Assembly (NCBI RefSeq): GCF_036321535.1
Contig: NC_087459.1
Span: forward strand, 7,378,001-7,442,000
Source of the DNA: Camelus dromedarius
Taxonomy: Eukaryota
Length of the DNA stretch: 64,000 nt
Direction of reading: 5' to 3'
Every line of letters begins with the position of its first letter. The stretch's first letter is position 1. The notes under the pieces are model-generated. The model ran no database searches and was not told where the DNA came from. It was given only the letters and a program-made list of their open reading frames with translations. This document shows, one piece after another, positions 53,790 to 64,000 of this stretch. A program made the position numbers and the translations under genes.

Positions 53790-54275
53790 GACCATTCTTG
53801 TGTATCTNNNNNNNNNNNNNNNNNNNNNNNNNNNNNNNNNNNNNNNNNNNNNNNNNNNNNNNNNNNNNNNNNNNNNNNNNNNNNNNNNNNNNNNNNNNNN
53901 NNNNNNNNNNNNNNNNNNNNNNNNNNNNNNNNNNNNNNNNNNNNNNNNNNNNNNNNNNNNNNNNNNNNNNNNNNNNNNNNNNNNNNNNNNNNNNNNNNNN
54001 NNNNNNNNNNNNNNNNNNNTTTCAGTCCCTGTTTCCAAATCTTTGGGGTGTATCTTAAATTGCTGGGTTATGTGGTTATTCTGTGCTTAAGTTTTTGATG
54101 AACTACCAGACTGTTTTCTACAGCCCCTGCACCATTTTACATTCCTACCAGCAGTGCACAATGTAACAATTTCTCCACATCCTTGCCAACACTTGTTATG
54201 CTATTGATTTTCAAATCAATGTTTTCTGGTATAATTTATGCACAATGAAGGCATCCATTTAAAGTGTACAGTCCA

Positions 54276-54406
54276 GGGGGGAGGGTATAGCTCAGCAGTA
54301 GAGCATGTACTTAGCAAGCTCAAGGTCCTGGGTTCAATCCCCAGTGCCTCTATTTAAAATAAATAAATAAACCTAATTACCACCCCCTACAAATAACATT
54401 TTTAAA
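54276..54406 (+). mobile_element. tRNA-derived SINE (camelid Vic-1-like) with 15-bp target-site duplication
   Basis: ggggagggtatagctcagcagtagagc...ggttcaatccccagtgcctc plus (AAAT)n tail. AAAGTGTACAGTCCA at 54261-54275 and AAAGTGCACAGTCCA at 54407-54421. Confidence 0.85.
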
Positions 54407-57228
54407 AAAGTGCACAGTCCAAAGAGCTTGGGTGGTTACACACCCCATGAAATCTCCCCCCAGTAAAGACACAGAACATTTCCATCACCCCCAAAAGTTT
54501 CCTCCCTGCTTACTCCTATGAACAGGAATCTTTAATTTTGATGAAGCTGCCTGGCCCCTGGCCACCACTGATGTGCTTTTTGTCATAATAGATTAGTTTG
54601 CTGTTTAACATTTTTATAGAAACAGAATCATACATCACGTCCTCTTTGATGTTGGCCTCTTTCAGTCAGCATGATGATTTTGAAATTCATCCTCCCCGCA
54701 TCAGTAGTTTGTTCTTTCTTACTGCTGACTAGGACGGCATCATGTGAATATATCATGTTTTGTTTATCTGTTGATGGGAAGTTGTTTTTCCCCATTTTGG
54801 TATTGTGAGTAGAGTTGCTAGGAATATTCACGTACAAGTCTTTCTGTGCACTTATTTGTTTCTCTGGACCAGTTACTTAGGAGGAGAATGGCTAAGTTGC
54901 ATGGTTAATTGTATGTTTAGCTTAGTAAGAAAATGCCAAACAGAAGTGCCCATATTACCTTGTGCTCCCGCCAGCAGGGTTCGAGACTCCCAACTGTCCC
55001 ACATCCATGACACACTTGGCCTTGTCAGTGCCTTTAAATGCTGTCATTCTGGTGGGTGTGTGTCTCCTTGTGGATTTGATTTGCATCTCCCCAGGGAGTG
55101 GTGGAGTTGGGCATCTTCTCATGAGCTGATTGACCATTAACCGTTAACTTCTTTTGTAAAGTGTCTATTCAAGTCTTTGGCTTGTCTTTCAAAAACAGCT
55201 TCCCTGAGATAGAATTTCCACACCATGTAACTTACCCATTTGACGTGTAGAATTCAATGTTAGGATATACACAGAGAAGAGCTTCCTTTAATCTGAGTCA
55301 TCGAACGCCGGATGCCTTTGGAATTTACCTTTTGCTTCTGACTTGATAATGTCTCTTAACAAAGTCAACCTAACATTACAAGGGAGAACAGAACTTACAG
55401 GCAAAACATATAATGCTTTACCGTCATCTTAACAACAACAAAAATAATGTGTTTCATATACTTCTTATGCAATCAGAGTTAAAACCAGACATGACCCCTC
55501 CTTTCCCAGGCAGACCACAGTCGCTGTATCTTTTGAGCTCAGACTGCAGTTCCTCCTTGCAAGCACAGAGGAAACTGCCACATCTCACAATCCATTTAAC
55601 TGTGCAATTGGGTAGCTCCCACCTAACCCTCAATTGGAAGTGATGGATCCGGTTAAGTCCATCCAGGGAATTTTTAAATTTCAGATTTTTCATTTTTAAT
55701 ATTTCCTGTTTGGTTCTTTAGAAAATACTGTCATTTTTTCCTACCTCGGCATTCACAAGAGCTAATTTTCCATTCCCTCGATGTCTAATAATGCTAATAA
55801 CTATCTTAACTTGGCATGGATTCTCTTCCCTGGAGAATGGGTCACAATCTCCCAGCTCTCCCTATGCCAAGTCACAAATGTTGTGACTATTTTATTGTGT
55901 GGACACTGCATTCTGTTATATTCCTACAAAGACTGTTGATGCCTCTGTTTTGGTGGACAATGAGCTCAGTCAGACTTGAGCTGTAACCTCTGCCACCCCG
56001 AGGAGGGCAGAGGTCAGTCTTGGTCAGTTTGTAATCTGAGCTGTTTCCCGTCTGCCCTGCACACGTGGCTCGGGGGTCAGCAGGAGGTCTAGGTGGCATC
56101 CATGCACAGAATTTGGGGTTCCCTCCTCTGGCTCTCTCTTTTTCAGGGTTCTCCATTCACTCTCTACTGTCTGGGGATTCTGGGCTCCTTCCTCTCTTCA
56201 GCCAGAAACGTGGTGTGATTTCTGCTGGAGTCTAAGTGCTCCACCCAATAAAGCCCCTCACACAAAGGGAAACACACCCCATGCTGGTATCAATTCCCAC
56301 CTGAAATCTGTCTTGTTTCCTTCACACCCCAGAGCCCTTAGGGAATTGGTTTTTTACATCTTGTCCAGAAGTTTTCAGCTGTTCTCTGCGAACGGAACTT
56401 TTTTCCAGGGCACTTACTCTATGCATAAGTTGGTTCTTATACCTGGCAGCCTTCCTGAATTCTGTATCAATTAGCATTTGGCTCCACTGCACGTAATAGA
56501 AAACCCAGCTCATGGAAAAAGGTCAGAGACGGGGCAGCTGTACATACTTGGATCAGCCAACAGAAACCTTTGCAGATGTGAAATGCAGAGACAGACTTCA
56601 CACAGGGGATTCTTGTTCACCAAAATGTTGGAGCACACAGGGTTGGGGTGGGCAGTGAGGGAGCCACAGGGACTCCATCTGCCGGGGTGCACACCAAAGC
56701 CATGGAGCAAAGTCAGATCGGCATGCGGATGCTGGCATCCGGCCAGCACAAAGACACACACACTGTCTAACCTTGTAGCCACAGCAGCAGGAAGGTGGCT
56801 TCCACCTCCCACCTGGGAGACAGCCGGTACCTCAGTAGGTGGGCTCCTTCAGCCCCACATCTGACCACCCCCATGGTGATGTGCAGGCCAAACGGCCCTG
56901 ATCCCGGAACTCACTCCCGGGAGTCACATTCTGGCCAAGTAGCCACCACCCCGAACCTGCTGACCTTGGGCTTGGAGGGGTGGCCGACGGAGACTCTCAT
57001 GGCACCAGCTGGGAGAACACACCTTGCCTTGCTGTGTGATTGTGACCTCCCTGCAGCAGCGAGCCTCAGTTTCCCCACCTGAGAAATGGGAGAGTAAGAC
57101 CCTAAGAGGCAAGGGCGTGGCTCTACACACACCTGGTATGTGGGTCAATCTGCCCGAGGCTCCCACACCCGCCCACAGTGGGAGAGGCAGAGGCAGCTCT
57201 CCACCCCACAACCCTCCCCAGGACTCCA

Positions 57229-57246
57229 TCCTCCCACACATTCCTG
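57229..57246 (+). promoter_or_regulatory. CanScript-like MSLN enhancer (Sp1-like half plus MCAT/TEAD)
   Basis: TCCTCCCACACATTCCTG with MCAT CATTCCT at 57239-57245. It is 16/18 to the human CanScript as I recall it (CCCACCCACACATTCCTG), and lies 2.4 kb upstream of the MSLN ATG exon. Confidence 0.55.
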
Positions 57247-59665
57247 TGGCCTGAGTACTGCCACTCCCAGCTGCCGGCCAGTGCCTCATTTGTTTGCCTC
57301 GACAGACCTCAGAGGCTGCCAGCCTCTTGCTTCCCAGTTGATGAAACTGAATCAGAGGAGGCTCAGAGTTGGCTGATCACCCTGGAACATCAGAGTCACC
57401 ACAAGCAGGGTCCCCCAGATCCTGTGGAGGTGACTGGGAGCTCCCAGCCCAGGGTCCAGGCTCATGACCATGGCCTCATCCGTGTGGAGTGGGGTCACGT
57501 GGGAGGGCAGGCCTGCGAAGGGGAATGGGGGACACCTCTGTCAGCACCTTTAGCCAAGCAGCTCTGGGTAGGAGCAGGGATTAAGTGGAGGCTGGTACTG
57601 GGACCCACCCTGCAGGGGACCCTGGCCAGCCCCACACAAGCAGGCTGGGGTGGTGGGGAAACCCCACCCCTGCCCCCTCTGTATGCTCCCTCCCTAGTTC
57701 CCACTGCACTTGGGGAGCAGTGAGGATCACCTCCCCTGTTCTCAGAGGGCAGTGCCCTCAGGGTCAACTCTACTCTAGCCCTAGCTGCTTCTGACATGCT
57801 GTGTGACCCCGGGCTGGCCACACAACATCTCTGTGCTTAGGGCAGATAAAATGACCCTGTATCCAAGACCCTAAATCTGTGATCCATGCCCCTGCCCACC
57901 CTCACCAGAGGAATCTGAAGCTGGCAGGGAATGTGGTCTAAATTCATTTTCCATCATTTGAAGGCCAGACTTTGGGGACTGTGGTTGAGCTGGGGTGGGA
58001 GGTTCTGGAGGTGGGTAGGACAAGTGGGGCGGGAGAGAGCTTCAGCCAGTGTCCTGCAGCTGCACACCTGCTGGAGGCTATGCACTGATGACCCCTGGGC
58101 TCGGGGGTTGGAGCTGACCATTCCTCTGTCACAGTCACAGCTACCTCTGTCTCACACACCACTCTGCTCAGCTGGTGGTCCACTCGGATGCCAGACCCCA
58201 TAGGCTAGCAGGGCAGGGACAAGAGGGCAGGAGCAGGGCCAGCCCTCTCTGTGGCAGGCCCCACCCCTAGGTCCTGGGTAGGGCTTGAATCACCTACCCC
58301 GGTGTGTATCAGCGTCCGTGTAGGGCCCAGCACACAGTAGGCACTCAGCGAGTATGAGGTGGTTAATGAGTGACAGGGGGCCAGGGGAACACTGGTCTTG
58401 GAGGGCTCAGGGTTGGAGATGGGACCATCCCAGCCCAGAAGGGGAAGCATCAGAGCAGCCTTGCATAGGGAGACAGAGTGCCATAGGGGACTGTTCCCTT
58501 GTCACACAAATATGCCTGCCCTAGACTGGCCGAAACAGATGTGGCTTCTGCAGGTCACACCTGGGCTACTCTGGAAGCTGCAGCTCCAAGACAGCTGAGG
58601 TGCATCTGTGGCCCAATCTGGCCTACCTGGGGGTAGGTTGCAGATTCCAGGGCCTATAGTGGGAGACCCCAGCTAGGGCACTAGGGGGGGTCCCTGGTTA
58701 CATGGGACGGGGGTAGGGGCTGAGAGGAGACAGCAGGGGCTGCACAGCCTTTGCCTGGCCTCACCCACCCCACAGGTAGGGGCCCCAGTGAGCGGCCCAT
58801 TCTCCAGGGCACTCCCCCAGGCTGGGCTCTTTGCCTGGCTGAAAGCGGTTGCTGAGACATAAACGTGCCTCTCCCCCATTTCTGAGCTGGGGTGGGGCCC
58901 GACACAGGCCTTGGCAAAGGTTTGGGGGAGGGTATGGCTCCACTGCCCTTGGCTGTAGGCGGCCTCCCACTCTGGGTCTCTCTGGGAGGGCAAGAGTGGA
59001 AGGTGGTTCGGTTTCCTGCAAGCCCCCCTCTTTAGGGAGCAGCACCCCACCCACCTTCCACTCACACTGGTCCAGGCCTCTGTTTCCGGAAGGACCTCAG
59101 AAGGGAAACCAGGATGGCAGGTGGGCTGTGGCGGCCTCGTCCACCTAGGAGGGCCCTGGGATTACACAAAGCCAGGCACCTGTGGCTGTGGGTGGGCGGG
59201 GAGGACGGCCATGCTGCAGGTTGAGGGGTCAGCGTGACCCCCAGCCTCCAAACTGCTCTGTCCCTCTGCTTGGGGTGGGGACACCAAGGCCAGCCAGGCC
59301 CTGCTTCCTTGCACACGAAACTCTCCCGCCCTGCCCCATGGGGAGAGAGGATGGGCGCCCGCCTGGGCTCTCACAGCTGAGGGCCAGGCTGACTCAGACC
59401 TGACCCCTCTGGCAGAAGGGCAGGTTTCCCGGAGGAGGCGGGCCAGGCAGGCTGGTTGGTCCTGAGAGGAGGGCCAGAGGCCACACACACAGACACTGCC
59501 GCTGCCGGGGAGGCCTGTGAAGGTTTGAGCTGGTAGCCCTCCAGGGCCCTGAGACCCCTGCAGCCCCACAAGGCCCCACACTGGCCTGGGGCAGTATCGT
59601 GGGTGCAGGGAAGCGGTGGGGAGGGGAAGAAGTGGGGACATCAGAGTGGCTGTTCTCCACAGACC

Positions 59666-62600
59666 ATGGCTTTGCAGACTGCTCGAACCCCACTGGAGTC
59701 CTGTGGGACCTCAACTCATGGCAGCCTCCTGCTCCTGCTTCTCGGCCTCGGTGAGTAATGACGATGAGCTGCAGCAAAATACTGGAGTGCCAGAGAGTGT
59801 CCAAGGGTAGCTGTGGGTCCCTAGGGCTCAGGGCCTTAGGAAAGGCGCTACCTGCTCTATGCTTCCTTCCCTGGCTGTGGACAGTGCCCCCCGACCCTGC
59901 CCTAGGCAGGTGCCTCGAATCCTGGGCAGATGCTCTGAATCTAAGTAGGTGCCCTGAGCCCAGACAAGTGTCTTGAATCTCATCAGGTGCCTCAAGTCCC
60001 AGGCAGGCTGTCAGCCATATCTCTGCCCTGAGAGGTGACTATGTCCGGCACCCATGCTGGACTGCGGTGACCTACGGGGTTGGAGGTTGAGGCAGGGTGG
60101 TGATGGGGGCACAGGCCAAACTGAGGGTGCCCATGAGACAGGTGTCTGACTGCCCTGAGCAGCAGGGGCCCAGGAGGAGGCCTGTGCTCCCTGGTGTGGT
60201 GTTGCAGGACGTGATATCGTGGGGTGCAGGGGCCTAACCCTCTGCTTCTACACCCATGGGGTGTGCATGGGGCTGGGAGGGGCCAGCTTTGTCTCCTTCC
60301 TCGCCAGGGTGGGGGACTGCAGCAGTCATTGCTGGAAGTCCCTGGCCATCCCCTTGAGCCTGGTGTGCCCTCCCCTGCAGGGTGGATGTTACCTTCCAGG
60401 GCCCAGGCTGCAGACACGGGATTGGTAAGGCCCCTCTGGGGAATCAAAGAGGGTTTTCTGGCCCTGGGTGGGGGTCCTTGAGCGCCAGGCTTCTCTGCTC
60501 AGTCCCAGCGCTGCTTTGTTCTCAGGGCCTCACGACTTCATGGCTGCAGCACACCTCCAGGGACCAGTCCTGGCCACAGCCTGAGCTGACCGTCATCATC
60601 CCAAGGGCCCGGCGGGGCACAGAGAGTGAGCACAGTGCCCAGCCCCATTAGGCGTCAGAAGATGTAGGGTGGGGGCTGGCATGTGATGTCTCACCTGCCT
60701 GCGCCTGCGGCCCTTCTTGTCAATCATGATGACCCAAGAGAGTGAACAGAAACACCCCATTTTGCTGATGGATAAACTGAGACCCAGAGAGGTCATGTGT
60801 TGCCCAGGGTCTCAGCGTGGGTGTGGGAGGAAGAGGTTGATGGGAGAAGCCCAGTCCCGAACCCCCTGCCTACCCCTGCAGAGAAGGCCTGCCCCCCGGG
60901 GTGGAAAGCCCAAGTGGTGGATGAAAAACTCATCTTCTACGAGGAGTGGGAGCTGGAGGCCTGTGTGGATGGGGCCCTGCTGGCTGCTCAGATGGACCGG
61001 GTGAACTTGATACCTTTCACCTACCAGCAGCTCCACATTTTTAAGCGCAAATTGGACGAGGTAGTTCAGGACTCGGGTTCCCACCTGCCTGCCATAGCTC
61101 GGCTTTCCCAGCTGCCCGGGGAGTGGCTGTGGCCCTCATGGTCACTTTCCGGGGAAGTTCTACCCACAGGGATACCCAGAGTCCCTGATCCAGCACCTGA
61201 GGTACTTCTTCCTTTCGGTCACCCCCGAGGACATCCACAAGTGGAATGTGACATCCCTGGAGACCGTGAAATCTCTGCTCGAAGTTACCAAAGGACACAA
61301 GATGGATGCTCAGGTGACCAGCTACCAGGGTGGGGAGGGGCAGACACAACATGTGAGGTTGTGCAGGTCCAAGGGGATACATCTCTCGCTGCCCCAAGCC
61401 ACCTAGTGGCCTCTTCCCACAGGTGGCTGCCCTGATTGCCCGCTATGTAGTGAGAGGGGGCCAGCTGGACAAGGCCACCCTGGAGACCCTGGCCACCCTC
61501 CACCCTACCTACCTGTGCCTTCTCAGCCCTGAGCAGCTGGGCTCCATGAGCCTCAATGTTGTCTGGTGAGTCCAGGGCTCTGTCAGGTATTGTGGGCGTG
61601 CCACGCTCCCAGCTCACTGCCTGGCCCTGTGCTACCTCCCCAGGGTGACCAGGCCACAGGACCTGGATGCGTGCAGCCCACAGCAGATAGCCGTCCTCTA
61701 TCCCAAGGCCCGCATTGTCTTCAAGAACATGACAGGGTCTGAATACTTTGAGAATATCAAGCCCTACCTGGGTGAGCCAGGGAGGACATGGCTGGGGAGG
61801 GGAGGGTGATGCCTGAAGCTCCCACATCCATGCTGCCAGATTCCCCCCTCACTGGGCAGCCTGTTGGCCGTGTGACCAAAGTGTACCCTGTGTCCCTCCA
61901 AGTGTGTATAGGCTGAGATCCTGTGAGTTTTGGGCACCTCCAGCCTTTCTTCCAACCCAGAGGGTCAGGTGGTCACCAGGCAAAGGAATTCTTTGGGAAA
62001 ACTCTCAGGAAAGGAAGTGGCTTCTGGTAGCCTGTGGTCAGAGGGTGAGACTAGGGGCTGTTGCAAGCTCTCACACTTAGGGGGCCCTCTCCCGTGGGCA
62101 GGTGGGGCCCCCATGGAGGACCTGCGGGCTCTCAGTCAGCAGAACATAAACATGGACCTAGCCACGTTCAAGAAGCTGCAGACAGAGGCTGTGCTGGTAC
62201 AACCACAGAGAAGGGGGGCATCTAGGGGTGGGGCTTTTGAGGGGTAGCCAAGGCCCTCTCCAAAGTCTGGAGGGGCCAAGGCAGGGTCTGGATGGGGAGG
62301 CATAGGGTGGGTGGTTTGGACACAGTAGAGGAAAGCAACCTTCTGGGGAAAGGCAAGTGGACCCTGACTGCCGTCTGGGGGCCCTGGCAGCCGCTGACCA
62401 TTGCTGAGGTACAGAAACTTCTGGGCCCAAACCTGGTGGGCCTGAAGGCTGAGAAGGGGAACAGCCTCATGCGGGACTGGATCTCCCGGCAGTCGCAGGA
62501 TGACCTGGACAGCCTGGGGCTGGGGCTCCGCGGCGGCATCCCCAATGGCTACCTGGTTCTGAACTTCAGTGTCCGAGGTGGGCTGGGGTGGCCGGGCGGG

Positions 62601-62742
62601 TGGGGTCGGGGCAGAGTGAGGGGGAGGGTGTGAGTCTTCCCCTCTCCGCACAGAGGCCCTCTCGGGGGGCCCCCACCTCCTCGGACCAGGACCTGTGCTC
62701 ACTGTGACCTCAAATCTGCTCCTGGCCTTCATCCTGAGCTGA
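59666..62742 (+). CDS. MSLN: Mesothelin, short form lacking the MPF core, 401 aa. Exons 59666-59750, 60381-60424, 60526-60625, 60882-61060, 61158-61313, 61423-61565, 61644-61771, 62102-62196, 62391-62577, 62654-62742.
   Basis: Signal peptide MALQTARTPLESCGTSTHGSLLLLLLGLGW; furin site PRARR; KACPPG..., WELEACVDGALLAAQMDRVN, KWNVTSLET, GGIPNGYLVL; GPI-type C-terminal hydrophobic tail. Exon sum 1206 nt. AATAAA at 62834-62839. Confidence 0.9.
60755..60810 (+). mobile_element. MIR fragment
   Basis: cccattttgctgatggataaactgagacccagagaggtcatgtgttgcccaggg. Confidence 0.6.
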
Positions 62743-63291
62743 GCCCATTGCTCTGGAGGCCCTGCTGTGGAGGCTCTGCCTGGCTGGGAGCAGGCCTGGG
62801 TGGTCCCTGTCTGACCTGAGGGCACCGAAGCACAATAAAAGAAGACCCATACCCCCCTCGCAGTGGTGCCCCCTGGTGTTTTGAGGACTGGGTGGGAGGG
62901 CCCCCGACGGCTGTGACCCCATAAGGCATGGTTCCCTGGGTTGCAGCCCCCTCCTGTTTGCACCTGGAAAGAGGAGGGACTCCAGGCAGGAGGGCTCTTG
63001 GGACTTTCCTGCTGCTGTTTCCCCTGAGGCCAGGCCAACACTCAGTGTGGCTTCTAGTGACACTGTCACCCCAGGGGACTCTCTGGGAGTCCTGACCCCA
63101 GCTAAGAGGGTCTCTGTGCCCTCCTTAGGCCCAGAGCAAGGGAACACAGGCAGGAAGATCCCCTCGTCCTTTATTCAAATCCATCAGCAAAATCAGCCCC
63201 TTTGCCAACCCCTGTTCTTCATCTGGAAGAGGCCAGAGGGCAGGGCAGCGTCTCCCTCACTGGCTGGGGAAGTGACCCTGGGCTCAGGTCC

Positions 63292-63602
63292 TCAGTCTGG
63301 CTCCAGGTCCTGGGAGCTGGGTGTGGGCAGGGACCGGCCCTGTAGGCCCCAGGACATGGGGCGTGGCCAGGTCCCCTGGGCCTGGTGCCTGTATCTTGGC
63401 CTGAGTAGTTGTCCAGCTCCACTTAATAGCCCCAGTTTTCCTGCATGTGGTGCTGGGGCAGTGCTGCCTTCAGAAGCTATGGTGCAGGTGCCCCATGAGT
63501 GGTCCCAGCTAGGCTCCAGGGTGCCCCAATACAGCAGCCACAGGAGGCCTGAGGGCAGGGCTATGGCAAGTAGCAGGTACCCAAGGTGGGCTGGAGGGCT
63601 GC
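63292..63602 (-). CDS. MSLNL: Probable terminal coding exon of mesothelin-like protein (the rest of the gene lies beyond the window)
   Basis: Strong acceptor ctccctccttgttccatctacag|GC. Open frame (G)SPPAHLGYLLLAIALPSGLLWLLYWGT...LEPD* resembles the MSLNL C-terminus as I recall it. Syntenic position; minus-strand AATAAA at 63175-63170. Confidence 0.6.
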
Positions 63603-64000
63603 CTGTAGATGGAACAAGGAGGGAGCACCCTTCAGTCTTGCTGGGTGCCCCCCGTTCCCACTCAAGGCTGTCCCACAGCCTCCGAGGCCTGGGCAGCCCC
63701 TGCCCTAAGCTGGAGGCTCACACCGTCCCTGTGGGCGGGAAGAGCAATGAAGACCCCCATGCACAGCCACTCTTTTGGGCCCAGACAGGGACCTCATAGC
63801 TTCCCTACCCTCCACCTTCTGCAGCTCAGTGGATTTGGGGGAGACAATTGTGTCCTTCACTAACTCGGCAGGTGATGCAGGGGAAAGCCAGTGTCACCCA
63901 GATGTCATCCGAGGAGGCAGATGGAAAGAGTTGGCCAGCAGAGAATGAGATTGGGTGAAGACGAGAAGCTAGTAGCAGTCAGGGGTCTGCAGAGGGCCCA

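Larger units (their letters stand above)
52320..55300 (-). mobile_element. Fragmented old L1 sequences (antisense), with two N-gaps and two SINE insertions
   Basis: ccacatccttgccaacacttg, atttcatataaatggaatc, tgtttatctgttgatgggaagttg, gatttgcatctccc, tgtctattcaagtcttt: antisense L1 3' hallmarks, AT-rich. Confidence 0.7.

Noticed and set aside
54276-54350. tRNA-like sequence
   Set aside because: It has an A-rich tail, a target-site duplication and two more degenerate copies nearby, so it is a SINE rather than a tRNA gene.
62840-63300. MIR662-type microRNA known near human MSLN/MSLNL
   Set aside because: I could not identify a supportable hairpin by eye; RNAfold or a miRBase alignment is needed.

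Overview
GC-rich mammalian genomic DNA from a draft assembly with five N-gaps. It is the block syntenic to human 16p13.3: WDR24(-, partial), FBXL16(-), METRN(+), ANTKMT/FAM173A(+), CCDC78(-), HAGHL(+), CIAO3/NARFL(-), MSLN(+) and the last exon of MSLNL(-). Three tRNA-derived SINEs of the type seen in camelid genomes suggest alpaca/llama/camel (inference). I traced each gene model by hand through GT-AG junctions and checked phase and length. Comparisons to human proteins and exon sizes are from memory, not from a search. Main observations: (1) MSLN lacks the six exons encoding the MPF core; exon 3 joins the furin-site exon in frame across a gap-free 101-nt intron, giving a 401-aa protein. (2) Between CIAO3 and MSLN lies an unidentified six-exon, phase-consistent minus-strand gene relic with nonsense codons and a poly(A) signal. 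(3) An RFX x4 + AP-1 + MEF2 motif cluster, bounded by a CTCF site, lies upstream of FBXL16. (4) FBXL16 intron 1 has tandem RE1/NRSE sites. (5) The CCDC78 C-terminus is dual-frame via a 4-nt tandem acceptor. No prokaryotic-type systems or CRISPR arrays were seen.
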